A program made the translations under genes and the position numbers. From assembly GCA_963842525.1 (NCBI GenBank), contig CAWJGT010000009.1:1440001-1504000 (forward strand): a stretch of 64,000 bases of DNA, written 5' to 3'. This DNA comes from an uncultured Holophagales bacterium. GTDB taxonomy: Bacteria > Acidobacteriota > Thermoanaerobaculia > Multivoradales > UBA5704. Each line of letters opens with the position of its first letter. The stretch's first letter is position 1. The notes below the pieces were generated by a model. It saw nothing but the letters and a program-made list of their open reading frames with translations, had not been told where the DNA came from and searched no databases. This document shows, piece after piece, positions 17,518 through 27,227 of the stretch.

Positions 17518-20500
17518 GGGAGTTCCGTCGGAGGTAGGGGCCGCGGGTGCTTGCGGAGCAGCGGGTGACCGGGGAAGGCGGCGGCGGCCTCGTCCCAGGC
17601 TTCGGGGGTGCCTTCCTCCAAGCGGCTGCGGAGGAATTCTTCCACCGTTTGTTTCAGGGCTGGCGAGATCGTCCGTTGATCGGGATCGGCGAAAAACCAC
17701 CGGATCAGGGCGGCGGCGGTGGGCTCGTCTCGCGGCGCGCCGTCCGTCTGCTGCCGCAGGGCCTCCCGGCTTGCAATGAGGTCGGCCAGCGGCACCGGCC
17801 TTGCGTCCTCGTCAAGGGTGTAGCCCCCCACGGCCTCGGCCCAGCGGGCGAGCAGCTCTCCGTCCCGGGCCGGCAGGATCGGGACGGGAAGGACGTGGAT
17901 CCCATACTGGGTCGCGATCCAGAGAAGCTGGCCATTTGGGCTCAGCCGCGCGATGGACGACTCGTGCTCAACAGGAGCCCGGAGCAGCCGGCCTGTGCGG
18001 GCGTCCATCAGCCAGACCAGATCGCCAGTTTGGATCAGCAGGCGGGCGCCATCGGGGCTCGCATGGACGGAATCGACCTCCTGCTCCAGCTCGATCTCAC
18101 TGAGCGGGCGCCCCGTCCGCGGATCCCTCACCAGGACCTTCTTGTCGCTCCAGGTCAGGAGGCGGCCCGCTTCGAATCGGACCCGGACTCGCTGCGGGTG
18201 ATGGAAAGGGCCGGCGATGCTGGCACCCGATCGAGCATCCCAGATCCGCAGATCCCCACTCTCGGTGACCGTCGCGATCCGCTCACCGTCCTCGCTGAAA
18301 TCGACCAGGTCCACGGTGCTGTCGTGGGGCATGGGCGACCCGAGAGGGTCCCCGCCGGGAACGCTCCAGAGGCGGGCTGTGCCGTCCTCGGAGCTCGTGA
18401 CGAAGCGGTCGCTTCGCGGGCTGAACTCGAGAGCCGGAGTCGAGCCCTGTGGGCCTGCCTTCAAGACGCCGGTCCGGTGGCCCGTTTCGAGATTCCAGAG
18501 ATCGATCGAGCCCGTCGTGTCCTCCAACAAGGCGAGGACCTTGCCGTCAGGACTGAGCGAGGACGCTTCCGCCTCTCGCAGCACTGCGAGCATTCCGGCG
18601 GGAGAGACCCGAGGCCAGGCAGGCAGGCCGCTGCCGGTATCCCAGACCTGCGGCCCGGCCGGGCTCGTCCGCGAGCCGCTGACCAGGCGGCGCCCATCGT
18701 GCGTGAGGAGGAGGAGACCCGTGTCCTTCTCCCCCAAAGGAATCGGGGCCCCCACCTGCCGGCCTGAGTCGGTATCCAGAAAGCGCATGCTCTCTCCGCT
18801 CCAGAGGCCCAGCCGGCTCCCATCCCGGCTGAAGAAGGCAGTCACCAGGCCCGTGCTCGCCAGCAGCTCCGTGCGGGCCGGCGCCGGCGCGAACGTCCAG
18901 AGGCGCACCACGCCGTGCTCGTCTACGGTCACGATCCGCCGAGCGCCCGCGACGAACCGGGCCGCAGCGCAATTGCAAGGGACTTCGCCGGCAAGGCTCC
19001 CGGCGAATGGGCTTACGAGAGCAATCCGCTTCGGGGACATGGCCAGGGCGAGCTGGCCGTCGCGGCTCAGCGAGACCTCGGAGACATCGTCCCCGATGTT
19101 GACCTCGGCAAGGCGCTCAAGATGGCTGAGACGCCAAACATCGATCTTGTCCAGGAGGGAGCGGGCTGTCAGGAGCCGGTCGTTCTCAGAGGTGAGCCAG
19201 AGCCGAAGCTGGGCCCTTTCGGCGCTCACGCCCGGGAGATCGCGAAGGAACCGGCCCGTGGCCGCATCCCAGAGCTTTGCTCCGAGGCCAACCGTCACGA
19301 CCCGACGGCCGTCCGCGCTGAGCGCAGCCGCATCGATGAGAACGGGTTGCTGCTCGAGGGCGGCCTGGTGACCGCTCACGAGGTCCAGGACGGTCAGGGA
19401 GTTCTCGTTGTACGCCAGGAGCTTCCGGCTGTCGGGGCTGAATTCCAGGGGTTGCTCCCTGAACCAGGCCAGTGGGATCTTGTGGGTCTTCCCTGTGTCG
19501 ACCTCACGCACGGCGAGGGGCTCGAGAGGCGGACCGACAACCAGCCAGCGTCCGTCCGGGCTCAGGGCGCCTTGGGCGTCGGCGGATTCGAGGAGCCGAG
19601 GGGTCCCTGTATCCCAGAGCTGAAGCTCTACCTTCCCCAGGATGGTGCGAATCAGGATTCTCTGACCGCCCTGACCGATGTCCACCGAGGTAATATCCTC
19701 TTTTCGCGGGATCGCGCGTCCAATCTGCCGGAACGTCTGGGAGTCCCAGACGCGGACCCGGTCGCTCTCGAACGTGACAAACTGCAGACCATCGTCGCCA
19801 AGAAAGATTTCCGTGCCTTCGGGGAACCGTTTCTCTGCGACCAACTGCAACCACCTCCTGCCGAGGAGGAGGTCGGTCAGGAGGCTCTGGGCTGGGATGC
19901 TGCCCCGGTCTGAACGCAGAGCACGGGCCAGGTAGGCGAGAGCATGAGCGGGCGAGGTGCTCTGGAGGTTCCATGCCCTCTCGACGTCTGAGCTTGCCAA
20001 TGCCTTCTGCGCCTCTTTCTCCGAGGACTGGACGCGCAAGGTCAGGACGGTCACGCCGAGGAGGAGGACGGCCATCAAGGCGGTGACGACCCGGCTCCGT
20101 CGCAGCTTCCGCCGCGACTCCCGCGCCCATTCTACCGCCTCCCGCCGCGCCGTCTCCGCCCGTTCCCGGGCCTCCCGTTCGCGCCGGCTGTCGCGGCTCT
20201 TGCGGATCACGCCGGCCAGCACGTCATGGGTCAGCTCGACGCGCTGCGCGCCGCCGCGGTCCTCGATGCGCAGCAGGCGGCGATCGGTCAGTTTGTGCAG
20301 AACCTCGCAGATCGCGGGATCGTCCTGCGCGCTCTCCAGGGCCACGGAGTCGCGGAGGCCCTTGGGGGTGAGCAGCCGCTCCTCAATGAACGTGCGTACT
20401 TCCGAGGCAAGATCGACGAGGCTGCGCTCGTAAAAGTCGGACAGGATCTCTTCCCGGTTTCCTTCGAGCAGCTCGGCGGTGATCTTCGGCAGGCTGCGAT

Positions 20501-21389
20501 TCCGCCGTTTGTGGTTCAGCTCGCGGCAGATCACGCTCAGGAGAGCGGGCTCGACCTCCAGCTCCACCAGCGGCACATCGCCGCTTTCCCTTCCAGCCAC
20601 GAAACGGACGATCTTCTCGGGGACATCCGGCTCGACCAGGTGACCGCCCGCCTCGGTCACCACCCGCAAAGCGTTGCTACCGTGCATCGTCTGCAGGCGC
20701 AGGCGGTTGTGGACGATGCCGCGGATGCGGCCGCGCAAACCTTCGAGCTCGGGGAGGAAGTCCTCGCGCAGGCTGAGGAGGATCTTGTAGGGGTGCCGGT
20801 TGAACGAGTAGTCCCGCGCGCTCGCCGGGTCTTGCGCGAGCCGTGACCGAACGCTCTCCGGCGCCGAGCCCTCGCACAGGTCCGCCAGCTCGGTGAGAAA
20901 GGCCTCATCGAGCCGGCCGATGGTGAAGATCTCTTCGAACTGATCGAAGACGAGGAGGGGCGTGACGGGATCGTTGCGCGGGCTCCAGAAATCCGAGCCC
21001 TGGCGATGGAAGGACTCCCAGAGCGTCTCCGTCGCGGAGAAGGCTGGAGCCTCGACACCGGCCGCATCGGCCGCAAGGAGGAGAGACTGCCGCACCTGGT
21101 CGATCAGGTCTCGTGAGAAGTCCAGCCGGATATAGACCGGGAGGACGTTCTCGGGACGCAGGCGGGGGAAGAGACCGGCCTGGAGGAGCGAGGTCTTACC
21201 GAGGCCGGAGAGACCGAAAAGGACGGTCAGCCGCTTGCGCAGGACCAGGCGCAGCAGCTCTTCTGTCTCGGTCTCCCGGCCATAGAAGAGCTCCTGGTCT
21301 GCCTCGCGGAAGGCCGCGAGACCCGGCCAGGGGTTCTCGGCATCGACCGTGCCGGGATCTGACGAGCGGGAGACCGGCTCCGCCGTCAT
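17514..21389 (-). CDS. STAND NTPase - TM - WD40 protein (receptor 2)
   Basis: ATG 21389 overlapping the SIR2-TIR stop; NPWPGLAAF, GLSGLGKTS, LVFDQFEE, ELTHDVL, TM VVTALMAVLLLGVTVLTL, many WD40 repeats. Confidence 0.9.
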   Translation of the reverse strand: MTAEPVSRSSDPGTVDAENPWPGLAAFREADQELFYGRETETEELLRLVLRKRLTVLFGLSGLGKTSLLQAGLFPRLRPENVLPVYIRLDFSRDLIDQVRQSLLLAADAAGVEAPAFSATETLWESFHRQGSDFWSPRNDPVTPLLVFDQFEEIFTIGRLDEAFLTELADLCEGSAPESVRSRLAQDPASARDYSFNRHPYKILLSLREDFLPELEGLRGRIRGIVHNRLRLQTMHGSNALRVVTEAGGHLVEPDVPEKIVRFVAGRESGDVPLVELEVEPALLSVICRELNHKRRNRSLPKITAELLEGNREEILSDFYERSLVDLASEVRTFIEERLLTPKGLRDSVALESAQDDPAICEVLHKLTDRRLLRIEDRGGAQRVELTHDVLAGVIRKSRDSRREREARERAETARREAVEWARESRRKLRRSRVVTALMAVLLLGVTVLTLRVQSSEKEAQKALASSDVERAWNLQSTSPAHALAYLARALRSDRGSIPAQSLLTDLLLGRRWLQLVAEKRFPEGTEIFLGDDGLQFVTFESDRVRVWDSQTFRQIGRAIPRKEDITSVDIGQGGQRILIRTILGKVELQLWDTGTPRLLESADAQGALSPDGRWLVVGPPLEPLAVREVDTGKTHKIPLAWFREQPLEFSPDSRKLLAYNENSLTVLDLVSGHQAALEQQPVLIDAAALSADGRRVVTVGLGAKLWDAATGRFLRDLPGVSAERAQLRLWLTSENDRLLTARSLLDKIDVWRLSHLERLAEVNIGDDVSEVSLSRDGQLALAMSPKRIALVSPFAGSLAGEVPCNCAAARFVAGARRIVTVDEHGVVRLWTFAPAPARTELLASTGLVTAFFSRDGSRLGLWSGESMRFLDTDSGRQVGAPIPLGEKDTGLLLLTHDGRRLVSGSRTSPAGPQVWDTGSGLPAWPRVSPAGMLAVLREAEASSLSPDGKVLALLEDTTGSIDLWNLETGHRTGVLKAGPQGSTPALEFSPRSDRFVTSSEDGTARLWSVPGGDPLGSPMPHDSTVDLVDFSEDGERIATVTESGDLRIWDARSGASIAGPFHHPQRVRVRFEAGRLLTWSDKKVLVRDPRTGRPLSEIELEQEVDSVHASPDGARLLIQTGDLVWLMDARTGRLLRAPVEHESSIARLSPNGQLLWIATQYGIHVLPVPILPARDGELLARWAEAVGGYTLDEDARPVPLADLIASREALRQQTDGAPRDEPTAAALIRWFFADPDQRTISPALKQTVEEFLRSRLEEGTPEAWDEAAAAFPGHPLLRKHPRPLPPTELP

Positions 21390-22771
21390 GGTCTCTCGGC
21401 CTGGGACTTGCGATAGTCCCGGAAATACTGCCGCAGGATCGCCACAATCTCTGGGTTGGAAGCGTCCGGCGCGAGCCGTTCCCATTGGAGGCGGCAGAAC
21501 CGCTCGGGCAGGGCCGGATCGTTCGGCGCCACCTCGCCGACGACCAGCGGCACGATGAAGCGCCGGTTCGGAGGGAGCTGCGCTGCGACCCTCTCGGCCC
21601 AGCCCCATTCGAGACGGAAGTACCGCGGCTTCTCGGTGAGCGTCTGCGGCGAGAGGATGGGCACGAAGTAGGAGCAGGACTCGATGTTGCGCCGGATCTT
21701 GGCCTCGTAGTCGTCGCCTCCCTGAAGCTCCTTGCGATCGAACCAGACGTCCACGCCGGCGCTTTCGAGCTCCTCCTTGAGCCTCGCGACGACCGGACGG
21801 TCCTCGCTGGCGTAGCTCAGGAAGACCGAGCCGGCCTTCATGTCGAGCGGGCCGGACGCCGGGGCCTGGGTGGGCTCGGGAGCGGCCTCCTGGGGAGGGT
21901 GCCTTTCGGTCCAGCGCCGGGAGAGCTCCTGCACGAAGTCCACCGCTCCGCCCGAGTAGATGCGGGTGCGCGAGCTGAAGTGCTTGAGGAAGGCCACCAG
22001 GGCGGGGTCGTCGCGCATGCGGGCGTCGGCCACTACATCGGTCCGGCCGCGGACGAGCCACAGGCGGTCGCGCCGGGGGGTGCGCAGGATGAAGCGGGCG
22101 AGCCAGTCCGGATAGCCGCCACCGAGAAGGAGGAGCTGCCGGCGGTCGAGCTCGTCGAAGAGGAGGTTGGGCCGGCGGCTCTCCGACTGCAGGGCGTGAA
22201 CGAATTCGAGGGTGTCCTCCTCGGTGACAGCATAGTCGGGCACGGGCAGGAGGCGGCCGAAGAGGTGGAACACGGCCGGCGGGTCGCCAGGCCTGAGCGG
22301 CGCGTCGAGGTCCTTGACCGCGCTGGGCGCGTAGGCATGGACGCGGGTCCCGGGCCGACCGCCGAAGCGAACCTCGTCCAGGGCCTGCTGGAGAAGAGGA
22401 TCGAAGGTCGTGGTGACGAAGAGCTGAAGCGGCCGGATGCGGGCAAGCTGGACGAGCGGCTCGGGGATGGGGAAGCGCTCCCGGTCCGGAAAGACCTGGG
22501 TGAGGCCCGAATAGATGTCCTCGATCTGGCCGTTCCGGCTGAGGAAGCGGCAGGCCACCTCATGCAGCGCCCCGGTCGCCGGAAGGTCGTCGCCCGGCAC
22601 CTCCAGATATTCGGCCAGGCGCTCCGCCAGGAAGGCATAGAGCGAAACGGGCTTGCCGTCGACCGCCGCGACGAGCAGGTCCGGGCCGACAATGGGGACG
22701 ACGAGCCCTGCCTCGATGAACTGGAGGAGCTGGTCCCAGAAGCGGGGGCTCTCGGCGGCCGGAGGCGTCAT
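21386..22771 (-). CDS. SIR2-like domain - TIR domain fusion (copy a)
   Basis: VVPIVGPDLL, LFVTTTFDPLL, VFHLFG, LLLLG (SIR2_2-like fold); VFLSYASED..VWFD..YFRLEW (TIR). Confidence 0.87.
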   Translation of the reverse strand: MTPPAAESPRFWDQLLQFIEAGLVVPIVGPDLLVAAVDGKPVSLYAFLAERLAEYLEVPGDDLPATGALHEVACRFLSRNGQIEDIYSGLTQVFPDRERFPIPEPLVQLARIRPLQLFVTTTFDPLLQQALDEVRFGGRPGTRVHAYAPSAVKDLDAPLRPGDPPAVFHLFGRLLPVPDYAVTEEDTLEFVHALQSESRRPNLLFDELDRRQLLLLGGGYPDWLARFILRTPRRDRLWLVRGRTDVVADARMRDDPALVAFLKHFSSRTRIYSGGAVDFVQELSRRWTERHPPQEAAPEPTQAPASGPLDMKAGSVFLSYASEDRPVVARLKEELESAGVDVWFDRKELQGGDDYEAKIRRNIESCSYFVPILSPQTLTEKPRYFRLEWGWAERVAAQLPPNRRFIVPLVVGEVAPNDPALPERFCRLQWERLAPDASNPEIVAILRQYFRDYRKSQAERP

Positions 22772-23205
22772 GATGGCCGGACCCGATCAGAGCTCGATCC
22801 CAAGGGAGGGTTGAGATCTCCCGGTACCAGATGCGCCCGCAGCCAATCCGCAAGATCAGACTCGGAGCACCGGTGATCGGCCACGGCGAGCATGGTCTGG
22901 ACCACTTCGGCTTCCGGGGCGTCCAGGTCCCATCCGTTGAGCCCCAGGAAGATCACCATGGCCAGGAAGGAGATCCGCTTGTTCCCATCGCGATAGGGAT
23001 GGCTGGTGGCGAGCCCATAGCCGTATGCCGCAGCCAGGGTCGCGAGATCCTCGATGCCATCGCAGGCCCATTTGTTGCGGGCGCGCGCCAGGGCTGATTC
23101 GAGGGCATTCTCGTCGCGGATTCCGGGCAGGCCGCCATGCTCTCGGAGCTGATCGAGATGGACTGCATCGACGACGATGCGTTCCACCCAGACCGGTTCG
23201 CCCAT
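22768..23205 (-). CDS. doc: Doc/Fic-family toxin
   Basis: HGGLPGIRDENALESALAR and Fic motif HPYRDGNKR. Confidence 0.93.
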   Translation of the reverse strand: MGEPVWVERIVVDAVHLDQLREHGGLPGIRDENALESALARARNKWACDGIEDLATLAAAYGYGLATSHPYRDGNKRISFLAMVIFLGLNGWDLDAPEAEVVQTMLAVADHRCSESDLADWLRAHLVPGDLNPPLGSSSDRVRPS

Positions 23206-23208
23206 GGC

Positions 23209-23436
23209 CTATTTCGCCAATTCGCGAAGGGCGTTCCGGTACCGTTTGGCCGCGCGCGCGGCGATCTCGAGAGACCGCTCGATCGCAGGGTCATAAGGGG
23301 TCAGGAGAATCCCTTTCTCCGTCTCGATCGCGAGCACTCGGTCGCCGGCCGCGAGGTGCAGGCGCTCGGCCATGTCCTTGGGGAGCGTTGCGCTCACGGA
23401 GCCTCCCGCCTGACGGAGCTTCACGTCCTTGACCAT
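23209..23436 (-). CDS. AbrB/MazE-type antitoxin
   Basis: KLRQAGGSVSATLPK..LHLAAGDRV..GILLTPYDP..YRNALRELAK, directly upstream of doc. Confidence 0.9.
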   Translation of the reverse strand: MVKDVKLRQAGGSVSATLPKDMAERLHLAAGDRVLAIETEKGILLTPYDPAIERSLEIAARAAKRYRNALRELAK

Positions 23437-23495
23437 CGGCGTTCCTCCCACCGGCAAGGTAGCACTTCTGTGCTTTTTTGCCAAACGCGCGCGGT

Positions 23496-23800
23496 CAATT
23501 TCAGGGAGTCCCCCGGTGACGCATAGTCGGGCACGGGCAGGGCAGGAGGCGGCCGAAGAGGTGGAACACGGCCGGCGGGTCGCCAAGCTTGACCGTTCCG
23601 GCTGAAGGTAGCGGCAGGCAACTCTTATATAGCGCGCCGGTCGCCGGGAGGTCGTCGCCCGGTACCTCCAGGTATTCGCTAGGCGCTCCGCGAGGAAGGC
23701 CTAGAGCGAAACCGGCTTGCCGTCGATGGTCGCGACGACCAGCCTTGCCTCGATGAATTGGAGGAGCTGGCCTCTGAAGCGGGGGCTTTCACCGCCGGAG
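23496..23800 (-). pseudogene. Decayed 5' remnant of a fourth SIR2-TIR gene
   Basis: DNA matches about 22530-22765 and 22200-22290 of copy a, with stops, indels and a ~240-bp internal deletion. Confidence 0.8.
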
Positions 23801-23827
23801 AGCACTGGGTTGGACTTTAGCAGGGGG

Positions 23828-24784
23828 TCAAGCAGGATAGAGAGTGCTTGGCGGCTTCTTTCCGATGTAGCCGACGAAGTTTTTCCGAGTTTCTGGATGA
23901 GGGAAGAAATAGATCCTCCAGGCTCCTGGAGTCAGCCGCGTATGCAGCACGAAGAGGCGGTATTCACCGTCAGGGCAGAGGAAAGTGCGGTCTTCGGAGT
24001 ACCTGTCGAGTGTGCTTGGGCTCTCGCCGGTGATCTTCATAGGCAGCACAGACGGGTCGAAGTGGCTACCATCCCAACCCCGGAAAGACCGGTCGAGCTC
24101 ATGGAGGCGTTTCCAGATCTGGCGAAACAGAGGGTGGCCCTCGCGAGCATCAGCAAGCTGATGAGCCACCGACTCACAGAAGACAAGCGAGGGAAAGAGC
24201 TGCTCTCGGCGCTCCCATAGCTCACGGCCGCTACGTACCGGCAGATCGCGCCCAGCGAGCCAGTCTAAGTGGACGGAGACGTGGTTCGTGCGGCAGGCGT
24301 GGGAAACTTCGGCACTCTCTTCTTCCAGGTTGCCCTGGTCGCTTAAAAAGAGGCATCTCAGTGATAGCCGCGTGCTCTCCCAACAGGCCTCAGAAGAAAG
24401 GCTGACCGCAAGCGCTTCAAGCAGGAAGGCTGCTCCCAGCCCCAGGGCCTTTCGTTTTCCGAAGTACAGTTCAATCCGATCTGCACGGTCAACGAGCTCT
24501 ATACCGTCTTCGGGCCTGAGATAGGGGGCCTTGCTTTGAATGGATCGAAAGTAGGACCGCTCTTCTTGCCCGGCCTGAGGATCGTTGCGCCACTGGGCAA
24601 GAAGATATCCAGGCGCAAGCAGAGTGGAATTGAAGTCTTCAGTGGTTCGTAGGGCCCTGGCAGCACCTGCCTGCACAGCGGCAACCAGGGTAGCGATCAA
24701 GAGGCTCATCCGCTCGCGTGCTACCAAAGCGCTCTCGGCTGGCTGCTCGAGGGACAGCTCGTTGAGCACCAGCTCCCGATTCAC
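23828..24784 (-). CDS. Third gene of Menshen-like system (NsnC-like), possible C-terminal RelE-like domain
   Basis: ELVLNELSL N-terminus, HTRLTPGAWRIYFF..VGYIGKK C-terminus; overlaps the stop of the AAA gene. Confidence 0.65.
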   Translation of the reverse strand: MNRELVLNELSLEQPAESALVARERMSLLIATLVAAVQAGAARALRTTEDFNSTLLAPGYLLAQWRNDPQAGQEERSYFRSIQSKAPYLRPEDGIELVDRADRIELYFGKRKALGLGAAFLLEALAVSLSSEACWESTRLSLRCLFLSDQGNLEEESAEVSHACRTNHVSVHLDWLAGRDLPVRSGRELWERREQLFPSLVFCESVAHQLADAREGHPLFRQIWKRLHELDRSFRGWDGSHFDPSVLPMKITGESPSTLDRYSEDRTFLCPDGEYRLFVLHTRLTPGAWRIYFFPHPETRKNFVGYIGKKPPSTLYPA

Positions 24785-25899
24785 GTGCCAGCTCCTGGCG
24801 GCAGAAGCAGAGCCTCCAAGCTCTTATCCCACTGGTCAAAGAAATCCTCGGGCCAGATGTCGATCCGGCCGTGGCGATCGAGGCGGGGCGAGATCACCTG
24901 GTGCCGCGACCCTTCATCCGATCTCATGAAGAAGTGGATCTGCACAAGATCAGGATCTAGCCGCCCGGCATGAACCGCCGTCCGGACACCATTCAAGACG
25001 TGATCGCTGTGAGACTCGACAACGAGCTGGATTCCCGCGCTTGCCGCCCGCGCCAGGAAGTCACCGAGGGCGACCTGGCCCCGCGGATGAAGATGAGCCT
25101 CCGGGTTTTCGATGAGCAAGAGGGAACCTGGCTCTGCCGCCAGCACCGCGACGAGGATTGGTAATGTGTATGTTATTCCAAATCCGACGTTGGTAGGCCG
25201 GTATGGGCTGCTCACGTCGTTGCCACGGACGAAAGAGTACTCCAGTTGAACCAGGTCCATGCCGGAATAGGGCGTGACCTGGAGGCGGGCTCCTGGGCTG
25301 ACGACTCCAAGCCACGCCTCCGCCTGGTCCTTCAGTGAAGGGGACACAGTGGAGATTCGTAGTGCCTCCACGGGAACCTTCTGGCTGCCATACACCGCCA
25401 GAAAATGAGCAGTGAGCTCACCGTGGCTGCCGAGCTGCCGGTGCTGGCGAACCGCGAAGTCTGAAATCGCAAAGGAGGTTCGCGGACCGATCCGCTCAGC
25501 GCCGAGATACTGGAATGAGTCGCTGAAGAGCGCACACAGAAAGACTTCCCCCTGGACCTCCGTCAAGCCTGCGGCCAGCACGTCTGCTTCGGAATCATAG
25601 GCAAGCTCCCAAGTCGCCGCCCGACCATCTCCCCAGGTGAGAGCGAAACGGATCTTTTCTTCCTGAGCACCCTCGTACAAGGCGTCCCGTGCCGTGCCAA
25701 CCCATACAAGGTCTCCATTGAGAGCAAGCCTTCCCTCAGGGAGAAGACCTTGCTGGAATGACTGGCGCAACAAAAGCAGCGCCTGCAGCACAGTCGACTT
25801 GCCGGTGCCGTTCAATCCGGCTAGAAGGGTTAGAGGGCTCAAGTCGAGGGTTTGCCCTGCAAAGCATTTGAAATTGTCCAGCCGGAAGGAGCCAATCAT
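24781..25899 (-). CDS. ABC/AAA_21-type ATPase with DUF3696 (Menshen NsnB-like)
   Basis: NFKCF, GLNGTGKST, NVGFGITYTLP, LLIENPEAHLHP, ESHSDH, WPEDFFDQW. Confidence 0.88.
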   Translation of the reverse strand: MIGSFRLDNFKCFAGQTLDLSPLTLLAGLNGTGKSTVLQALLLLRQSFQQGLLPEGRLALNGDLVWVGTARDALYEGAQEEKIRFALTWGDGRAATWELAYDSEADVLAAGLTEVQGEVFLCALFSDSFQYLGAERIGPRTSFAISDFAVRQHRQLGSHGELTAHFLAVYGSQKVPVEALRISTVSPSLKDQAEAWLGVVSPGARLQVTPYSGMDLVQLEYSFVRGNDVSSPYRPTNVGFGITYTLPILVAVLAAEPGSLLLIENPEAHLHPRGQVALGDFLARAASAGIQLVVESHSDHVLNGVRTAVHAGRLDPDLVQIHFFMRSDEGSRHQVISPRLDRHGRIDIWPEDFFDQWDKSLEALLLPPGAGT

Positions 25900-27027
25900 C
25901 GGAGGACCCTCTGGATGAGATCGCGAATTGCCTCGAAGCGGAGGCGCACTTTGTTGACATCGCCTGTGCCTTGTGTCACGGCTGCGTTGAACTGCCGACT
26001 TCCCATCAGCTCGATGAAGCCATCCATCAATTTTTCCTTGCGTTCGAGGAGCCGCTCAATGTCTTTGTCGCTCAGGGCGTCGAGATTCACCGACCAGGCT
26101 TCTAGCAGAGCCTTGTTGATCGGCTTCCGGGGAGTACGGTGTTGGTAGCGCTTGCGGAACGAATCTTTGCCGAAGAGTGCGTAAGCAGAAGCTCATGGCG
26201 CGGAGAAAACGTCGAGCCAGATCCTCTCGCTCCAAGTCGCTCATCTGGTTGAGCAACCGCATCTGCCGGTGCAGGAAACCATCGAGATCCTGCGACCGGT
26301 ATTGATCGTAAGGAGTGAGCACGAAAGCGAGAAACCGTAAGGCGCACTCGCGGTCGGTCATCCGGCGATCGCGGATACCGCCAGACGTGGCATGGACGAA
26401 CTCTTCCGACTCCGACAGCCTTTTGAGCAGCGTCGTGGCAGGCCCTTGATTGAGAGCGTGCCGGATCTCCTGCGACGACAGTGGCAGGCCACCGGTGTTG
26501 ATTCTACGGAAGATGGTATACTTAACCTCAGGAGGAGTTCCGGGCTGGACCAAGTAGATGATGAGCTGGGTTTCCTCGATGCGACGACGCATGGGACGAG
26601 GGAGGCCGGAGAAGCGGAGCCCTTCGTATTGTCTCCAGAACTCGAGGTTCTCAAGCGCGAACGACTGGTCAACTACAAATCTCTGTAAAACCGTGAGTCG
26701 CTGGAGACCGTCCACGACGAGCCAGCGTTCCTCGTTAGTTGCATCCATGTAGAAGGCGGGTATAGGGATGCGGATCAGGAACGACTCGATCAGGCGACTC
26801 TGCTCACGCGGCTTCCAGAGGCCACCCGCGCGCTGAAATTCCGGGACCAGATCAATCTCTCCCGCCTTTAACCTCTTGATGAGCAGATCGACAGTTGAAG
26901 GTCTGGTCTCTATACGGATGTCGGCGGGATTGAATGGTTCGAGGATCTCACCACCTCCAGTGTCTTCCTCCTCGACTCCCCAATCCACAGGCTCGAAGCC
27001 TTCCGCGACGGTCAAATCCACAGTCAT
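25896..27027 (-). CDS. DUF262 (ParB-like) protein (Menshen NsnA-like), frameshift near 26190
   Basis: ATG 27027 with AAGGAG SD; PEFQR, SRLIESFLIRIPIP, VVDGLQRL, IFRRINTGG; continues in another frame SAYALFGKDSFRK..INKALLEAWSV to 25896. Confidence 0.87.
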
Positions 27028-27227
27028 GCCTTGACTCCTTCTTCGAGCTTCGGTTGGCGATCCGAACTCGGATTGAGGCCTGAACGCGGCCATGGTAGCA
27101 CCATGAAGGGCACAGGAGCAGGAGGCGCGAGCGGAGAAGTGGAGGAGCCCGGCCAGCCTGTGCTCTCCGACCGCGGGAGCAGTTTCTGGCAGGGCCGGTG
27201 TGGAGAGCAACTCTGACCAGCGCCACT

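Noticed and set aside
21390-22061. N-terminal extension of receptor 2 in the ORF track
   Set aside because: Overlaps the SIR2-TIR gene out of frame; paralogs start just before NPWPGL
21386-22771. Thoeris system
   Set aside because: SIR2 and TIR are fused, there is no SLOG or Macro domain, SIR2 catalytic residues are absent and the partner is a STAND protein
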